A stretch of 64,000 bases of DNA from Dicyema japonicum (taxonomy: Eukaryota > Animalia > Dicyemida). The notes below the pieces were generated by a model. The model had not been told where the DNA came from, ran no database searches, and saw only the letters and a list, made by a program, of their open reading frames with translations. Both the position numbers and the translations under genes were made by a program. Of the stretch, positions 50,906 through 63,490 are shown one piece after another (the first letter of the stretch is position 1; every line of letters starts with the position of its first letter). The stretch is taken from the NCBI GenBank assembly GCA_011109175.1, contig RDEW01000053.1, forward strand, positions 62,001 to 126,000, written 5' to 3'.

Positions 50906-53900
50906 CTAAATAATATCATCCAACATATTAAGAGTAATCAATTCCCCATTAATATCCCCAGTATATACATCCAAACACCTCAATCTATCACCCTCACTAG
51001 GAAGCAACCCAGCACAACTAAATCTCAGTGAATTTACAGGAGAGTGAGGAGGAACATTCAAACTATTAAACAACTGACTCCCCAGAGGAGACCGAATCCC
51101 ACAGTCTACTACCGTGACACTCTCGGCCTTTGGGACCACTACACAAACCAACAATGACTCCACGTGCAGATCTTTGTTATGCGACAAGTCCAGCTCCAAA
51201 AGCCGTATCTCACCCAGTTGTCTATACGTTACCAACATCCCTACTCGTATAGCTGGGAAACTCTCGTCTGTGAGGGGCAATCTCGTAGAAACAGTTCCGT
51301 AGTGATCTCGAATAAACTAAGGTCAAAGAGGCCATCAACCATAGATTTCAAACACTTGGGTAACTCTGATACCGATAAATCCAAATCTCTGATGTTCCCT
51401 AACCTCATACAGTCCGCAGTAAGCCTCAACCCATTCGAGGACAGATCTACATGTTCCAACACCGAATCTTGCCGGTCAGTCCATTGTAAACCTCTTAGTG
51501 CCTCAGCAAGTTCAAGATGATCCAATAAATTCTCCGGTAAAGAGCACGTGTTCAGGTCCAGGAACCGCAGAGACCTCACGGACCTTAGTAGAGCGGCCAA
51601 ACTGCGAGGAATAGACACAGAATTAAAGAAGAAATTGTATCCCAAGGAGAGTCGACTCAAATTTGGAAACTTAGTGCCCACAAAGCCACTCAGGGATCTC
51701 AATTCATTGGAGGAGAGGTCCAGATCAGAGACACCCTCACAGCAGGAAGGATTACATCCATCAGGGTACCGTCATCAATTAAATTTCCACTCAAATCTAA
51801 TCTCTTCAGTCCCTTCAGGAAATCTAAGAACTCCACAAATGGGTGGTAAGGCAGCAAGAAGGAAGCAATCCCATTAAATAAAGAGAACAATTTGATCTTC
51901 CATTGACTTAACGACTCCTTTACATGTTCAACGATCCACGTGCTAGTCCCTGACATGCCGACTCGTACAAATCCCCCAAATCCAGCTGAGAGAAGTCAAT
52001 CGAGCAGAAGATCTGGATATCAAAAGCAACTACCGATTCTTCAATAACAGAGTAAACAGCCCTGTTGGGAGACAAATTCAGGAACGGGAGGGATAGCGAG
52101 ACCCAGGACAGATTGAAGACGTCCACCAAGTGAAACACACAACTCATCCAAAGAAGGGGGTCTAACATAAGCCATATATATACGATTTGAATGTCAATTT
52201 GAAATTGTATTCATCATAAAATATATTTAGCACGTGGTATAAGATCTTTGGAGATCGTTCACGGTCAATATTCTTTAAAGATGAAGCAATGTGGTCAGGA
52301 AAGAGGTCTTCACAGTCAGAATCATCGACAATCCAATTTCTGTCATTATACATGTGTTCATCAATCATCGAAGGAACGTTGACCTTGATTATAGGACTGC
52401 CGTCCCCCAACACAGTTCTGGGCCTCTTAACGTCCCTCATGGTTCTCTATAATAAGCAATGTGACCATACTCGATAGGTTTCCACGTGGGATTCACCCGC
52501 TGTCCTCTTCACCCTGTTACGCCTGAGGGTTGGAGTCACTCGGTCGGGGAATACCATTCTCGCTGGAGGATCCTCAGAAGGAGTCAAAATAGCAAGAGTA
52601 CGGGAGATATCATCGGACAGAGGTATCCGGTCCTTCCCAACCACTGTCTGTAGCTCTCGTAGGCTCTGTTGCCCTGAAATGACCCACGCGAAAAACATTA
52701 TCGTCGGCAATGTTCACGTCAGCATTCAACTCGAGAAGCACTTCCACAGTCTCCGCATGTCCGCACGTGGCAGCAGCATTAAGAGGAGTTACCCCCTCAC
52801 AGTAGAGTCCCCCTTTGTCGTTGACACGCCCTCCGTTTTCAACCAGTAGTCTGACAATCTCTGAATGACCCCGATTAGCCGCCTCGTGAAGAGGAGTCCA
52901 TCCACAGTTGTCTCGCTGGTTTACTGCATCAATATCCTGCGTTACCCGCAGCAATACCTGACGAAGGATGGAAATCACCTTCTTTAAGTTACCGTCAATG
53001 CAGGCCAAGTGCAGTGGAGTCTCTCCCTTTTCGTTTTTCTGCCGTTTTTACGGTTTTAACGAACTTTTCGCTTGGCAGGACGCTTTCTGCTCACAAATTT
53101 TGAGCCTTCGCTTTCTTCAGATAACTCATCCCCCAGATCTACTTCTTCCGTGGATTCGTTATCAGAATCCTGCTGGTCCAAGAGTGAGGTCAGCAGACCC
53201 TCAGCATTTTCGGTTTCCACCTCATTTCCCCAGCGACGAGAAACCTTGACCATCTTCTCAGCTAACAGTTTCTTCAATCACAACAAGGACCATACCCGAG
53301 CACGTTGACTCTCAGCAAAACTGAATCCTTCCTTATATAACCGTAGAGCACTGTCAAACTTGGTCATAGCAGCATGGCAATCCCCCACCTCAACATGGAG
53401 TCCAGCATTCTATGACATCATGCCCACTATTACGTCATCCCCACAGTCCCAATCACACATTTCATAGTACTTTATGGCTTCTGTGAAATCACTCATATCA
53501 AAGCACGTTTTTCCCAGAGAAAAACACGCATCGTTCAGTTTTTTCTGGTCTCCTTGAAGTTTGGCCTCATTTTTCTAGGCATTATTCATAGACCTACCAT
53601 TTGGTCATAATAGTGCTTAGCGGACGATAGACAACCAATTTTAGAACACGTGTCTCCAAGATATTCAAATTTCTCTATTCTGTTAACTCCAGCGTGATTC
53701 TCATCCAAAGTCTTCAAAGAGGAAAGGATGGACCTGACTGAAGCAATCATAATTCATAATACATGACTTTAACATGGATTTTGAGTCCTTAAGGAGTTGG
53801 TCTTTCACTTTTAGGGCCATCAGACGGCTGAGAGTACTCACAGCCATCTCAAAGTTCCTTTCTTCTGCTTGGAGCTGAATTACAGGTGTATGGACTACCA

Positions 53901-54777
53901 TAGCCTTCTGTTGGTAGACTTCACAAAGAAGTTTGGAAGACAATTTTGGAGAGATTGAGATGGCCTGACTGTTCTGAACTTCAGCCACTTGTCTGTTGTT
54001 CCTCCTGGCAAACAAATTTCCCAGCAGAAGATAGCAGCGACATTCATACTCAGGTTTGTTTGCTGTCCTAGGATTTATGAAATCACGACTTTGAGAGTTT
54101 AATGGCCTCGTTCCATGTGGTTATTGCCTCATCGAAGCTCAAAAGTAACTCGTACAGTATTCCTGGGAGATCACAGCTCAGATATACCAATATTGATCTC
54201 TGCGCAGATTTTGGATGTAATCAGCTCGGAATTTATGGGATTCAACCTCAGAGGTTCCTCTACTAGTTGAAGAGCTCTTTTAAAAATGACCAGGGCTCTG
54301 TTTGTGTCTTGAAAGCGCTCAAGGAAGTCCTGGGATTCTGCTAGACACAACAAGGATCTCCCATAAGAGACACAGGACCTCACCAACTCCTCTAAATTAT
54401 CGTTTCCCAGACTATCGAATATCCGAAGAGACTGCTCGTGGTGTTCAACGGCAGCGTTAATGTTTCCTAGACTTTACTGGAGAGACTAACCCAGCTCGAG
54501 ACAACAATCTCCGAGGAACTTTGTAGTTAGACCCAAACTGAGTTGATCTTTAAGAGAGGTTCGGAGGATTAACTCTTCTTCAAATTCTTCTAGAGATTGG
54601 GAGAATTTATCTTTGCTTCAAATAAGATATAAACTTGAGTTGAAGTAGTGGAGGCCAAGAGCATGACAGCAGTCAGCACGTCTAAGGATTTCACCACTCA
54701 ATTGTGCCTTTCGTTTTTCTTTCTTGATTTCTTTCAATAAAAAACACTGTTATACGAGAAATGGTGCATTCAAACAT
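50906..54777 (-). CDS. TONSL: Tonsoku-like protein (TPR - ankyrin - LRR); many tiny introns and several apparent frameshifts
   Basis: N-terminus MFECTISQIKKEKRKAQLSGEILRRADCCHALG...SLEEFEEEL parallels TONSL TPRs; ankyrins NEKGETPLHLACIDG, DNCGWTPLHEAANRG, GGLYCEGVTPL; C-terminal LRRs LDLSGN, VDLSSN, LDLSHN. Confidence 0.93.
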
Positions 54778-54812
54778 TTTAGGATCTGTCCCACAAGAAC
54801 TTTAACCACATA

Positions 54813-54820
54813 TTCCCGCC
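54813..54820 (+). promoter_or_regulatory. Candidate E2F site upstream of TONSL
   Basis: TTCCCGCC about 36 nt from the TONSL ATG in an AT-rich context; a single short motif. Confidence 0.3.
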
Positions 54821-55493
54821 TAATAGTCTCGGCTTCAAAATTTTTTAATTAATAATTTCAAAATATAATGCCAACATAACTAATTTTCGATTATAAAATT
54901 AAATTTAGTATTACTCCTTTCGAATAATTCTGAAATTGAATTAATTTGCTTCTGTTTTTTACTCCCTCGACTGAAACCCCACCCGCTTTTTTTGTTTATA
55001 ATCATTAATTTAAAAGTCAACCAATTTGTTACAGTCACTCTATTCCCTGATAAAACTTGTAGAACTTCAACTGTCAAATATGCCATTTGTTACCTCCAAA
55101 TAGATTCAGTCTTCCACTTCCCTACAACTGTCATATCTATTCTCGGGTCATAAGGATTCGGTATGACGATATACACTTCCTCAAAACTACCATACCAATT
55201 CTTTATATACCAGAGTAGTGAGTCTGGCAGTACTCACTTCCATACAACCACCATATCTTTGCAGAACACCTAATTTGTTTCCACGCAAGTGACCTAGTAT
55301 TTTTAAGCCATAATCCACCAAGTCGTTTATGACCTTTAGTCATCAGCAAAGTGTAGGAACTTAAAGTTTCTTAATTCCTTAACCCTGATACACCGAGATA
55401 TAAATTAACAGTTAATTAAACGCATCCAAGATCACACAGAAGTCAAGAACTGCAAGAAAGGAAGAGCTACATAATTTATTACATGTAAAGAAT

Positions 55494-55936
55494 TCAAAAC
55501 TGCTCTAAAGTCTCTTCTATGACTTCTTCAGTGACCTCACTCTCGGGGATGTTGTTAAAAAGAGAATATTCGTCGATACCCGAATCCATTGGCTCTTCCA
55601 CTTCAGAATGAATTCTCTTAATTGGCATCAAGTCCATATTCCTACGGAACTATGAGGAAAAAGTACATGGATCTATCCTTCACTTTCATAAGAGTACTGG
55701 ACAAACTGTCCCGAAATCGCTCTAATGCCTGCTTTAGGTGTAGCATTTCCGTCTCTGTCCATTTTCGGCTGAGGGATGAGTTACTCAAAGTACCTGAAGG
55801 AATCTTCTCCTTTGAAGCACTCTAATGTTGGTATAAAGCTGGCAAATTTGGTGAAGGAATCCCCAGCATAGGCGAATATTTCTCCAATCTACAAGTATTA
55901 TCAAATACCACAGAACACCTTAGCACCAATGTCCAT
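55494..55936 (-). CDS. BAP18: Chromatin complexes subunit BAP18 (C17orf49), 4 exons; absent from the ORF track
   Basis: Introns of 30, 25 and 25 nt. MDIGAKIGEIFAYAGDSFTKF...KWTETEMLHLKQALERFRDSL...KDRS matches BAP18 KVGEIFSAAGAAFTKL...KWTETEIEMLRAAVKRFGDDL. Confidence 0.9.
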
Positions 55937-56048
55937 ATCGATTTAAATTTTATTTGTATTTATTTTTATTATTATAAGGAAAAAAATTTTATTTTAATTT
56001 AAAATTAAATTTAAATTCAATTGAATTCAAATAATTTTATACGTGCAG

Positions 56049-56868
56049 ATGATCCTCCAAATTTTATCACTTTTAATCTGGTTGAGATTCGAACACAGAT
56101 CCAGCGCGCATCCGACACTTCCTTCCTTTGTTCAAAACTTGTAGTTTCCGATACCTTTTTTCCAAGGAAAATGTGTGTTTAGAAAAATTTTTATTTAGTT
56201 TATTGAGCCAAACAAATAATTCAATTAAAATATCTATCAAGTACTCCATTTTTGTTCTCCTCAGGGAATTCCTCATAGTAAAGTCAGGAGTAAATACTTC
56301 TATTGGTATAACTTTTTCCAAATAGGACGTGAATACTTATTCACAAATATAGACATGAAGTTCTCAAGAGAGCGTACCCCATTTTTGGGCACAAGAGAGT
56401 TTACAGAGTGAATACCCACTGTCATTTAACTTTAGCAACTGTCGACAAAACATCCAGTCTTTGATACTGAATTCTTGAAGCATCCACGCCAGAACTCGAT
56501 GACCAATCGATTAGAGATAAATTGATTATGTGTGATCCGCATATATGATCCATAGAGACTGCGACAATTAACCCCCCATTATTAAGGACGTTCAGAAATT
56601 TAGAATCTTACTAATAGTTCCCCTCTATAAGCTAGATAAACAATTTCCTCCAATTTTATGTCAGACAATATTCGAGCGCTTCTTCGCTCGGTGTTCCACA
56701 GGGATCCCGCACTTCCTGTAGGCTATCGCTACTAGTAGGTGTTTACGTGAAATGAACCGCGCATCCGTCCTCCTCGCCAGAATCTTGAAGGAGGTAGGGT
56801 CTACCAAAGAGGATCAAAACTTCGTAAGAGTTTTAATTACTTTTGATTGAAAGGCTTCGATTCTTTAA
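56049..56868 (+). CDS. Putative intron-dense unknown gene with signal-peptide-like N-terminus
   Basis: MILQILSLLICAHP start, about ten candidate 20-30-nt GT-AG segments and a clean terminal frame (TIFERFFARCSTGIPHFLCLREMNR...ASIL*). The middle parse is ambiguous and needs an indel. Confidence 0.4.
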
Positions 56869-57003
56869 GGTAGTTCCCAGGATAGACTGATTTCGGATAA
56901 AATACTGCTTGCAATTACGAACTCAAAAATAAAATTTTGTAATAAAATGTAACAAAAAATAATAATTAAAATATATTATTTTATATTTAAATATAAACGT
57001 GCT

Positions 57004-57592
57004 ATGGAGGTTGTCTCTTGATAAAGTTATAATTAGCTTAAAGAGTATGTTGTTATCGGAAGGAAGACACCTGTCGGAGAAGAGGTAACGCCATTGGTCA
57101 GGATGAGCATTTTTGCAAAGAACCCTGTCATTGCTAAATCAAAGTTCTGGTCGTACATGAAAAGACTGAAAAAGATCAAAAAATCAAGTGGAGACCTTAT
57201 TCAAATTAAACAAGTCACTTCTAACAAAATGGTTGTCAAAAACTTCGGTGTTTGGGTCAGAGTCCGATCCCACAGGAACATCCAGAATATGTCCTTCGAG
57301 TTCCGTGCAACCTCACGTGCCGAGGCAGTCAACAAATGCTGTAACATCATTTAGTCAACCAAGACAAAACCTTGGCTGGGAATCACTCAGCAAGATCCTA
57401 CGCCATCGACGTAATCCGAGTGGAGACAGTTTCGCCAGGAGACTGCAGAAGATCTTCAGTCAAACAGTTCCACGTGAGTCTTATTGGTTGAATTTCTAGA
57501 ACTCCAAGTTGAAGTACCGTCCTTACAGGAACGTGAATAAGTCTCTCATTCCCAACAGATTTAGCACCAAGCGGCCCTCCACTTACTATTGA
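57004..57592 (+). CDS. RPL18A: 60S ribosomal protein L18a (eL20), 4 exons
   Basis: Introns 57010-57036, 57341-57363, 57474-57499. LKEYVVIGRK..., IFAKNPVIAKSKFW, VKNFGVW, VKQFHNSKLKY, FSTKRPSTYY*. Confidence 0.96.
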
Positions 57593-58974
57593 TTCGTTTT
57601 CTCTTAATTGTGTTGGTTTTTATTGCTTTTCGATGACAAAAAATGATTTATTTCTCTTGTTTCTTGGGGGACCTACCTCTCTTGTTTCACGAGGTGATTA
57701 TTTTTACGTTGGGTAATTTCATTGTTTAAATTAAAACGTTGTGAACAAAATGTGTTCTCAATTATTCAGCATTCTCTGATTTTAGCTTCAAGTGGGAGGT
57801 GTTAGCTGATTTTTTACTTTTTTCGCTATATGCACCACCACATGCTTACATTGGAGAAAATGTAGTCATGTCGTTAAAATCCTTAGCAACTAAGTGATCC
57901 TAGTGATCGCTCATTATCAATGAGGGACATCCGTTGTGTTCGTCTCGTTGGGCATAAGTCAGTTAGGGAGTTTTCAGGGTATCTTAGAAGGATTTTATAG
58001 AGTGGGTTGTTTGGAAGGCCCACTTGTGACTATAAGTGCTTAAAGAGGCATTACTCGGAATTACATTGATGGTAGAATATACTTATTCATTTTCCAGTGA
58101 TATTCATTGATACAATGATTATTCACATGAACTACTTAACTGGTCGAATAACTGTCATCCAGCTGGTTATCGCTCACTACTTACTTCGAAACCGTTCCTA
58201 TTGTATTTAGGAACCCCGATGTTCAGTAAGCTGACGACTATTAGGAATCAGGCCACTAAATCCCAAACGAGTTCTGACGCTTTAGGGGAAGTAAAATTCA
58301 CGAAGTTCTTTTTCGACCAGAATGAGTGGTACCTACATCGTTGAGAAGCAAGTCATTCACTTATTAGCATCTAATCACAAGAAGAAAAAAGTTAAGTAAA
58401 CTAATTAAGTGACCCCGATAGTCAACGACAAACACACGAAGTTTCTGGAATGCTCCTCCATAGTTACCACTGCTTTTCTATGCCCACGACGCTTCTCCTT
58501 CAACAGAATTTGAAAGGCGTGGGTTTCTTTTAAAATTTATGGGTTTCTGCGGTTTCTACCGCTGATCGAAAGAAACGGTCAGATTAGACCTCATAGAAAG
58601 TTAAGAAACTGGACCCACATTCCGAAATATATATAATTGAGGATGAAAGAATAGAATTGTTTGTTAGATGGACTGTCTTCCTTCATAGAAAAGTTTATTT
58701 TTTATTTAAACCCCTAGACACAAAGACAGGTTAAACCCACTAATTAGGTGATTCCACCATCGAGCCAGCCACTGCTTTCCGGAAGTGCCTTCTTTTGTAT
58801 CTGAAGAGGAATTCTATCAGAGTGAACTTTTTATGGGGGATCGAATTCCTTTGCAAGGCCCACTATTTTTCCGTGGGTTTCCTAGCTCCTTCCAGTAACG
58901 TAGGAAACCTTGTCCATTTCTCAACGTCGCTCCTCAGAAGAAGACCGATGATGGATGAGCAGTCGGCTTGCATG

Positions 58975-59398
58975 AAACCTAAAAGTTATTACAGTTTTTA
59001 ATAATGTGAACGCTATTCCAAATATGTGCACACATGTTAACTTAAATTATAAAAGACATTAAACTTTTCACTCTTTATGTTATTACTGATAAAATTACTT
59101 AACACAAGTCTTTTGACTACTTGGATAAAGGTTTACTTTCTTGAGTTGATATTGAAGATAAACTTACATCCTATTATCATTTATTGAGACATTGTTAACT
59201 ATTAAGCACCAAAAGATCAAATAAAACACAATTAAATAAACCTAAAAGTTATTACAGTTTTTAATAATGGGAACGCTATTCCAAATATGTGCACACATGT
59301 TAACTTAAATTATAAAAGACATTAAACTTTTCACTCTTTATGTTATTTCAGATAAAATTACTTAACACAAGTCTTTTGACTACTTGGATAAAGGTTTA
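58975..59398. repeat. Pair of ~161-bp direct repeats (58975-59135, 59238-59398)
   Basis: Near-identical copies, about 3 mismatches, with a 102-bp spacer. Confidence 0.9.
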
Positions 59399-61079
59399 TT
59401 TTGTACACACCGTCAATTTCTTATTTATTCAATAACGTTTGTCATCAGACTTAGGAGGAGTCCAGGAGCAGCAAAATTATTTCTTCTTCCCATTCAGTTG
59501 GATCATTTTTGTAAGAATTTCCCATAATTGTGGTTTAGAAAAGATTTTTAAAAGTTAAAAATATTATCATATGCTCATCTTTAACTTTAATCAGAAAATC
59601 AGGTCATTTGAAATAATTTAAATCCTAAATGATATAAAAGCGACAAATAATTATATAACCGATGATATTAGCCATTAGCCTCCGAATCATTGGAATAAAA
59701 TCCGGTAATATATTTGTATTGATCATTAGACATAACAGACGGTATATGTTGGTTTATTCCCATAGTTATATTATTTTTTAGAATCAACGCAGACCGATTT
59801 TGGATCATATTGAACAGTCACCGACTTTTTCTACATCAAGTTTTGAATCATGTAATTTTGTTTAGATTTACAAAATAGTACGACATCAGGTTATTGTCTA
59901 AGTATTAACAGTAGCTACTATTAATGTGAAGCACAACTCATCACCAGGTTTAATAATCAATCATTTCCAGATGCTCAATCAGTTGAAAAAAAAAATCTGA
60001 AACGAAAATATGTATAATGTGTTTTTATTTTTCTAGAATGACAATTTTAAAAATAATCCGTATATTGTGATATTACTTTTTCTAGATACAAAAATAAAAA
60101 AATTAAGCATAGAAAACAAATTGAAATAGATCAAAATGAAATAAAAAAAAATAATCAACAATCTCATCGCGTCAACAGTTTGAATAATCCCAATAGTCTT
60201 ACTAATCGATAATGTCTGTTATTACTGGGTTAAGGGTTAACGTATAGTTTTGGTTTTATTTGTTTTCTTTTATTAAGGACTTTTAATAAATTTTATTAAT
60301 TTTCTCGCAAAATAGTTAGCTTAGTTAGCATTTACTAGATCGACAAGCGAAATATACAGACTCCTTAGACATATCGCCATTCGGGATTAAAGATCACTAA
60401 CTCACTAGGTAACCTCATGACTATCTAAAGTTACATTGAAGAATATCCCCCTCTGAGTGGATGAAAACAAAAAGCTACAACACATAAAAGGATTTACCTC
60501 ATCGGTGAGGAAGACATACAGGTTCCTCAGAGATTGGATGATAATACAAGTGGCGAGATTAACGATTAACTCTAAAGTGGAAGCTACTTCCTTGATACGG
60601 TTGAATTCTCAATTGGTCTACTGACATAACGATTGAATGGACGGAAAGACCGCAACCAGATGATAAGATTCTCAACAATTTGGGCATTTCGCAAGACATG
60701 GCAATGGAAAAGAAAGCTATGAGACAATTTTATCTTCTAATAAGTCTTTGTTTGTTTGTTCGAGAAGCAAAGTTGTCTTTTGAGATCACACTTGATTTTA
60801 ATTATTATATATAACAAATCGTAACATGGGATAGGTCTTTCGTGGAGAAAATCATAGTTTTGATATTTAAAAAAGTTATTTTAATATTTGGGATTACACG
60901 AAAAAAACTGGTTAATATTATCAGCACATTCAAGAGAGCTATAAAATTTAAAAACCCGCATATGTATCGAAAGAAAAAATTTTAAATGTTATTCCTATCG
61001 ACACTACTCTGTTATTTGCTAAGGCTCTAGATTTGCTTTTTTTAAATATTTTTAGGTCTTATCAAGGACATCTAACAAT

Positions 61080-61420
61080 GTTCCTCTAGGACTACCACGA
61101 AAACGGCCCTCTAGACAGACATAGTAATCATCTATATATGTTCGGTGTAAATACCAATTCCATTCTAAGGATGTGCCGGAGTAGTGTCTTGCGAGATTTC
61201 ATTACCACAAGGATTATTGGTTTATATCGCATTTCTTTTAGAATCGTTTTCGCGCGAGACTTTGGTCGGCCACCTATTCTTGTTATTTCTCAGTTCCTCC
61301 TGTGGATATATTCCATCCACTCCAGTCCCAGGTGACATCGTTTTATAGCATAATAGGTTATATTAGCAAATTGTAAAGCAGTTTCTTTAGTTTGATGCTG
61401 ATTATTATTAGCACTTTCCC
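61080..61420 (-). mobile_element. RTE-type LINE 3' remnant
   Basis: Minus strand HILRMEL...FRGSPRGT and related RTE C-terminal motifs. Confidence 0.55.
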
Positions 61421-61569
61421 GAGAGCCATAATATGTATATCCCCGCATGTGCAGCAAAAAATATAAGAGAAAGAGTTAGCTTGCTACATGCTCTCCTGTT
61501 CTTAGCCAGATCTCTCAGTTTGATCAGGTAGTCACCAGAAGCCATTGTTTTTTTCACGGCTTTCAGATC

Positions 61570-62000
61570 GTTTTATAAAACGACTGGGAGGGTTCTTCTC
61601 GATCTTCCACGATAAACTCTCATACAATCCGTATTCTTAGGATAAATTTAGAAATAAATCTCCAGTTCCAGTTTGTGTACTTGGAAAAATTGTTGTGACC
61701 TTTGCTGTCATTTACATAGTAAAATATAAAAGAAGACGATATCGAGCAGCTGCTTCGACTGAGGAGAACCTAAAAATCAAGAAATATTCTTGCCTCGGGG
61801 ATCGCTACCGATTTACTCCTGTTGCGACCGAATCATCGGGAGCCGTTGGTCAATGACGGCTGAGTTCTTGCGAGAACTCGGAGGATTGCTTGCCAGAAAA
61901 AAGGGATCAACGAGAAGGGTTATGGCTAAGACAAAAGATTGGAATACTCATACTCCGAGGGAACTCGTTTCGCAATCCACGCAGCAGGCTTCCTCAACTG
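61570..62000 (+). mobile_element. Old CRE endonuclease remnant
   Basis: EENLKIKKYSCLGDRYRFTPVATESSG...TAEFLRELGGLLA...RGN. Confidence 0.65.
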
Positions 62001-62039
62001 ACATTTGTTTAATTGTTAAAAAATTATTTTGTTTAAAAA

Positions 62040-62250
62040 AATTAAGTGTATCCAGTTTCCACTTGTAGAAAAACAGAGTCCATCTGGAATCAACATAAAA
62101 GGTAATACGTCCATTACATGCAGTTGTGAAAACCCCTCCAGTGGAGGGGAGAGCAAATGATCCTTTTTCGTGCCGGCCTGGCACTGGGCGCAACCTAGAC
62201 AGGTGGATCACATGACGTCACTCTAATAGGAAGAGGAAAAGGAACAGACG
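62040..62250 (-). repeat. Unclassified ~215-bp structured repeat, copy 2
   Basis: Reverse complement matches 25295-25509. Confidence 0.75.
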
Positions 62251-62579
62251 TTAAGAAAATGAAAATTTATGAGAAATTTAAATTAATTAAAATTACTAAT
62301 CATTATAAAGATAGGAATTAATTTATTGATTCAGAGAGAAGGGCTGGCACATTGAGCGCATCTCCTTACAGATCGTAAAAGGAAATGCGCTCTCATCCTG
62401 AGAGCAGCCAGTAGCCTTTAACTATTTGGTTCTATTCTTCAATAAATTGTTATTTAATTTTTAAAAAAAATTTTATTGATTTATTTTTCATTAAAAAAAT
62501 ATTGATTTCTAACGGCTTTAACGCCGTCTATAACGGCTCGTATTCAACCGGTCACATTTATTAAATAAAATTTATTGCA

Positions 62580-63490
62580 GAACACTACACTCAATTATGT
62601 TCAAATGTATTGATGAAACAAATGTCGACCTATATACTTCCTCGGAATGGTTATCCAAGGGAAATAACGGCCCACGGAGCGAAGCATTGTACTGTCTTCT
62701 GCAAGATAGGAATTTGTTTTTTCGCACACACGGGTCGATTTGCAACCATTGTAAAAAAAGCAAGAAAACTGTTTATCATTTGTTCACTTTGTCTGGTAAA
62801 ATCGTAAACAGTGATCATCTCCGAAGACATAATGAAATGGTAAAGTGCATCCATCTTCATCATTGTCGAATTTATGGAATCAAAAGAAGCAGGAAATTGA
62901 AAGGACATTCGCATCAGTCAATATTGACGAATCAAAATGTCGAAATTAGATTTGACACGTCGATTATGACAGAGAATATAGCACGATACAATAAACCTGA
63001 TATTTTTGTATGACAAAATAAAGAAGAAATAACCTTAATTGAAGTGGGCATTACCTCACAAGACCGACTAAAGCAAGTTGAAGTTGAGAAACTTAACAAA
63101 TATGACTTGCTTGCAAATGAACTTTCGCTGCTCTATGAATGCCAAGTGAAGATTTTTCCAGTGGTTTTGACATGGGATGGAGTTGTCACAAGATGCTTCA
63201 AGAATCATATGGATAAATTATCTATTGAAGAATCAACGAGGACTTACATCCCATCGGTTGTTCTGAAGAGATCACTCGAAAGTATGCTCATTGAACATAA
63301 GCATGGGATGAAGGTATACGATGAAGAGTACGCCTCTGCTACCTCCCAACTTGTGGAACTGGCATACCGTGAGGACAGCCCACTTGACTCAACGAAGATA
63401 TTTCGACTGAATCTGATGTGGAGATGGGAAATAACAAGGAGATTATGGCACACTTTTCTAAGAGAAGAAGAGGGATTACCAACAATCTGA
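62580..63490 (+). mobile_element. Dong/R4-clade non-LTR retrotransposon 3' part (CCHC + RLE), microsporidian-like
   Basis: SSEWLSKGN..EA..CLLQDRN, CNHC..TVYHL, RRHNE, NKPDIFV, ITLIEVGITSQD, EKLNKYDLLANEL, LTWDGVVT. Confidence 0.85.

Noticed and set aside
50906-54777. TONSL as a pseudogene or as several separate ankyrin/LRR genes
   Set aside because: Domain order is complete; breaks are explained by tiny introns and single-base indels like those that differ between the twin CRE copies.
60225-60240. Telomeric repeat or piggyBac end (gggttaagggttaa); similar ctcggtgtatcaggg(g)ttaa at 28352 and 55379
   Set aside because: Too short, and no partner terminus or transposase could be assigned.
62580-63490. 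Whole window being microsporidian
   Set aside because: COX6B, TONSL, CRAMP1, BAP18 and intron-rich genes are incompatible with microsporidia.
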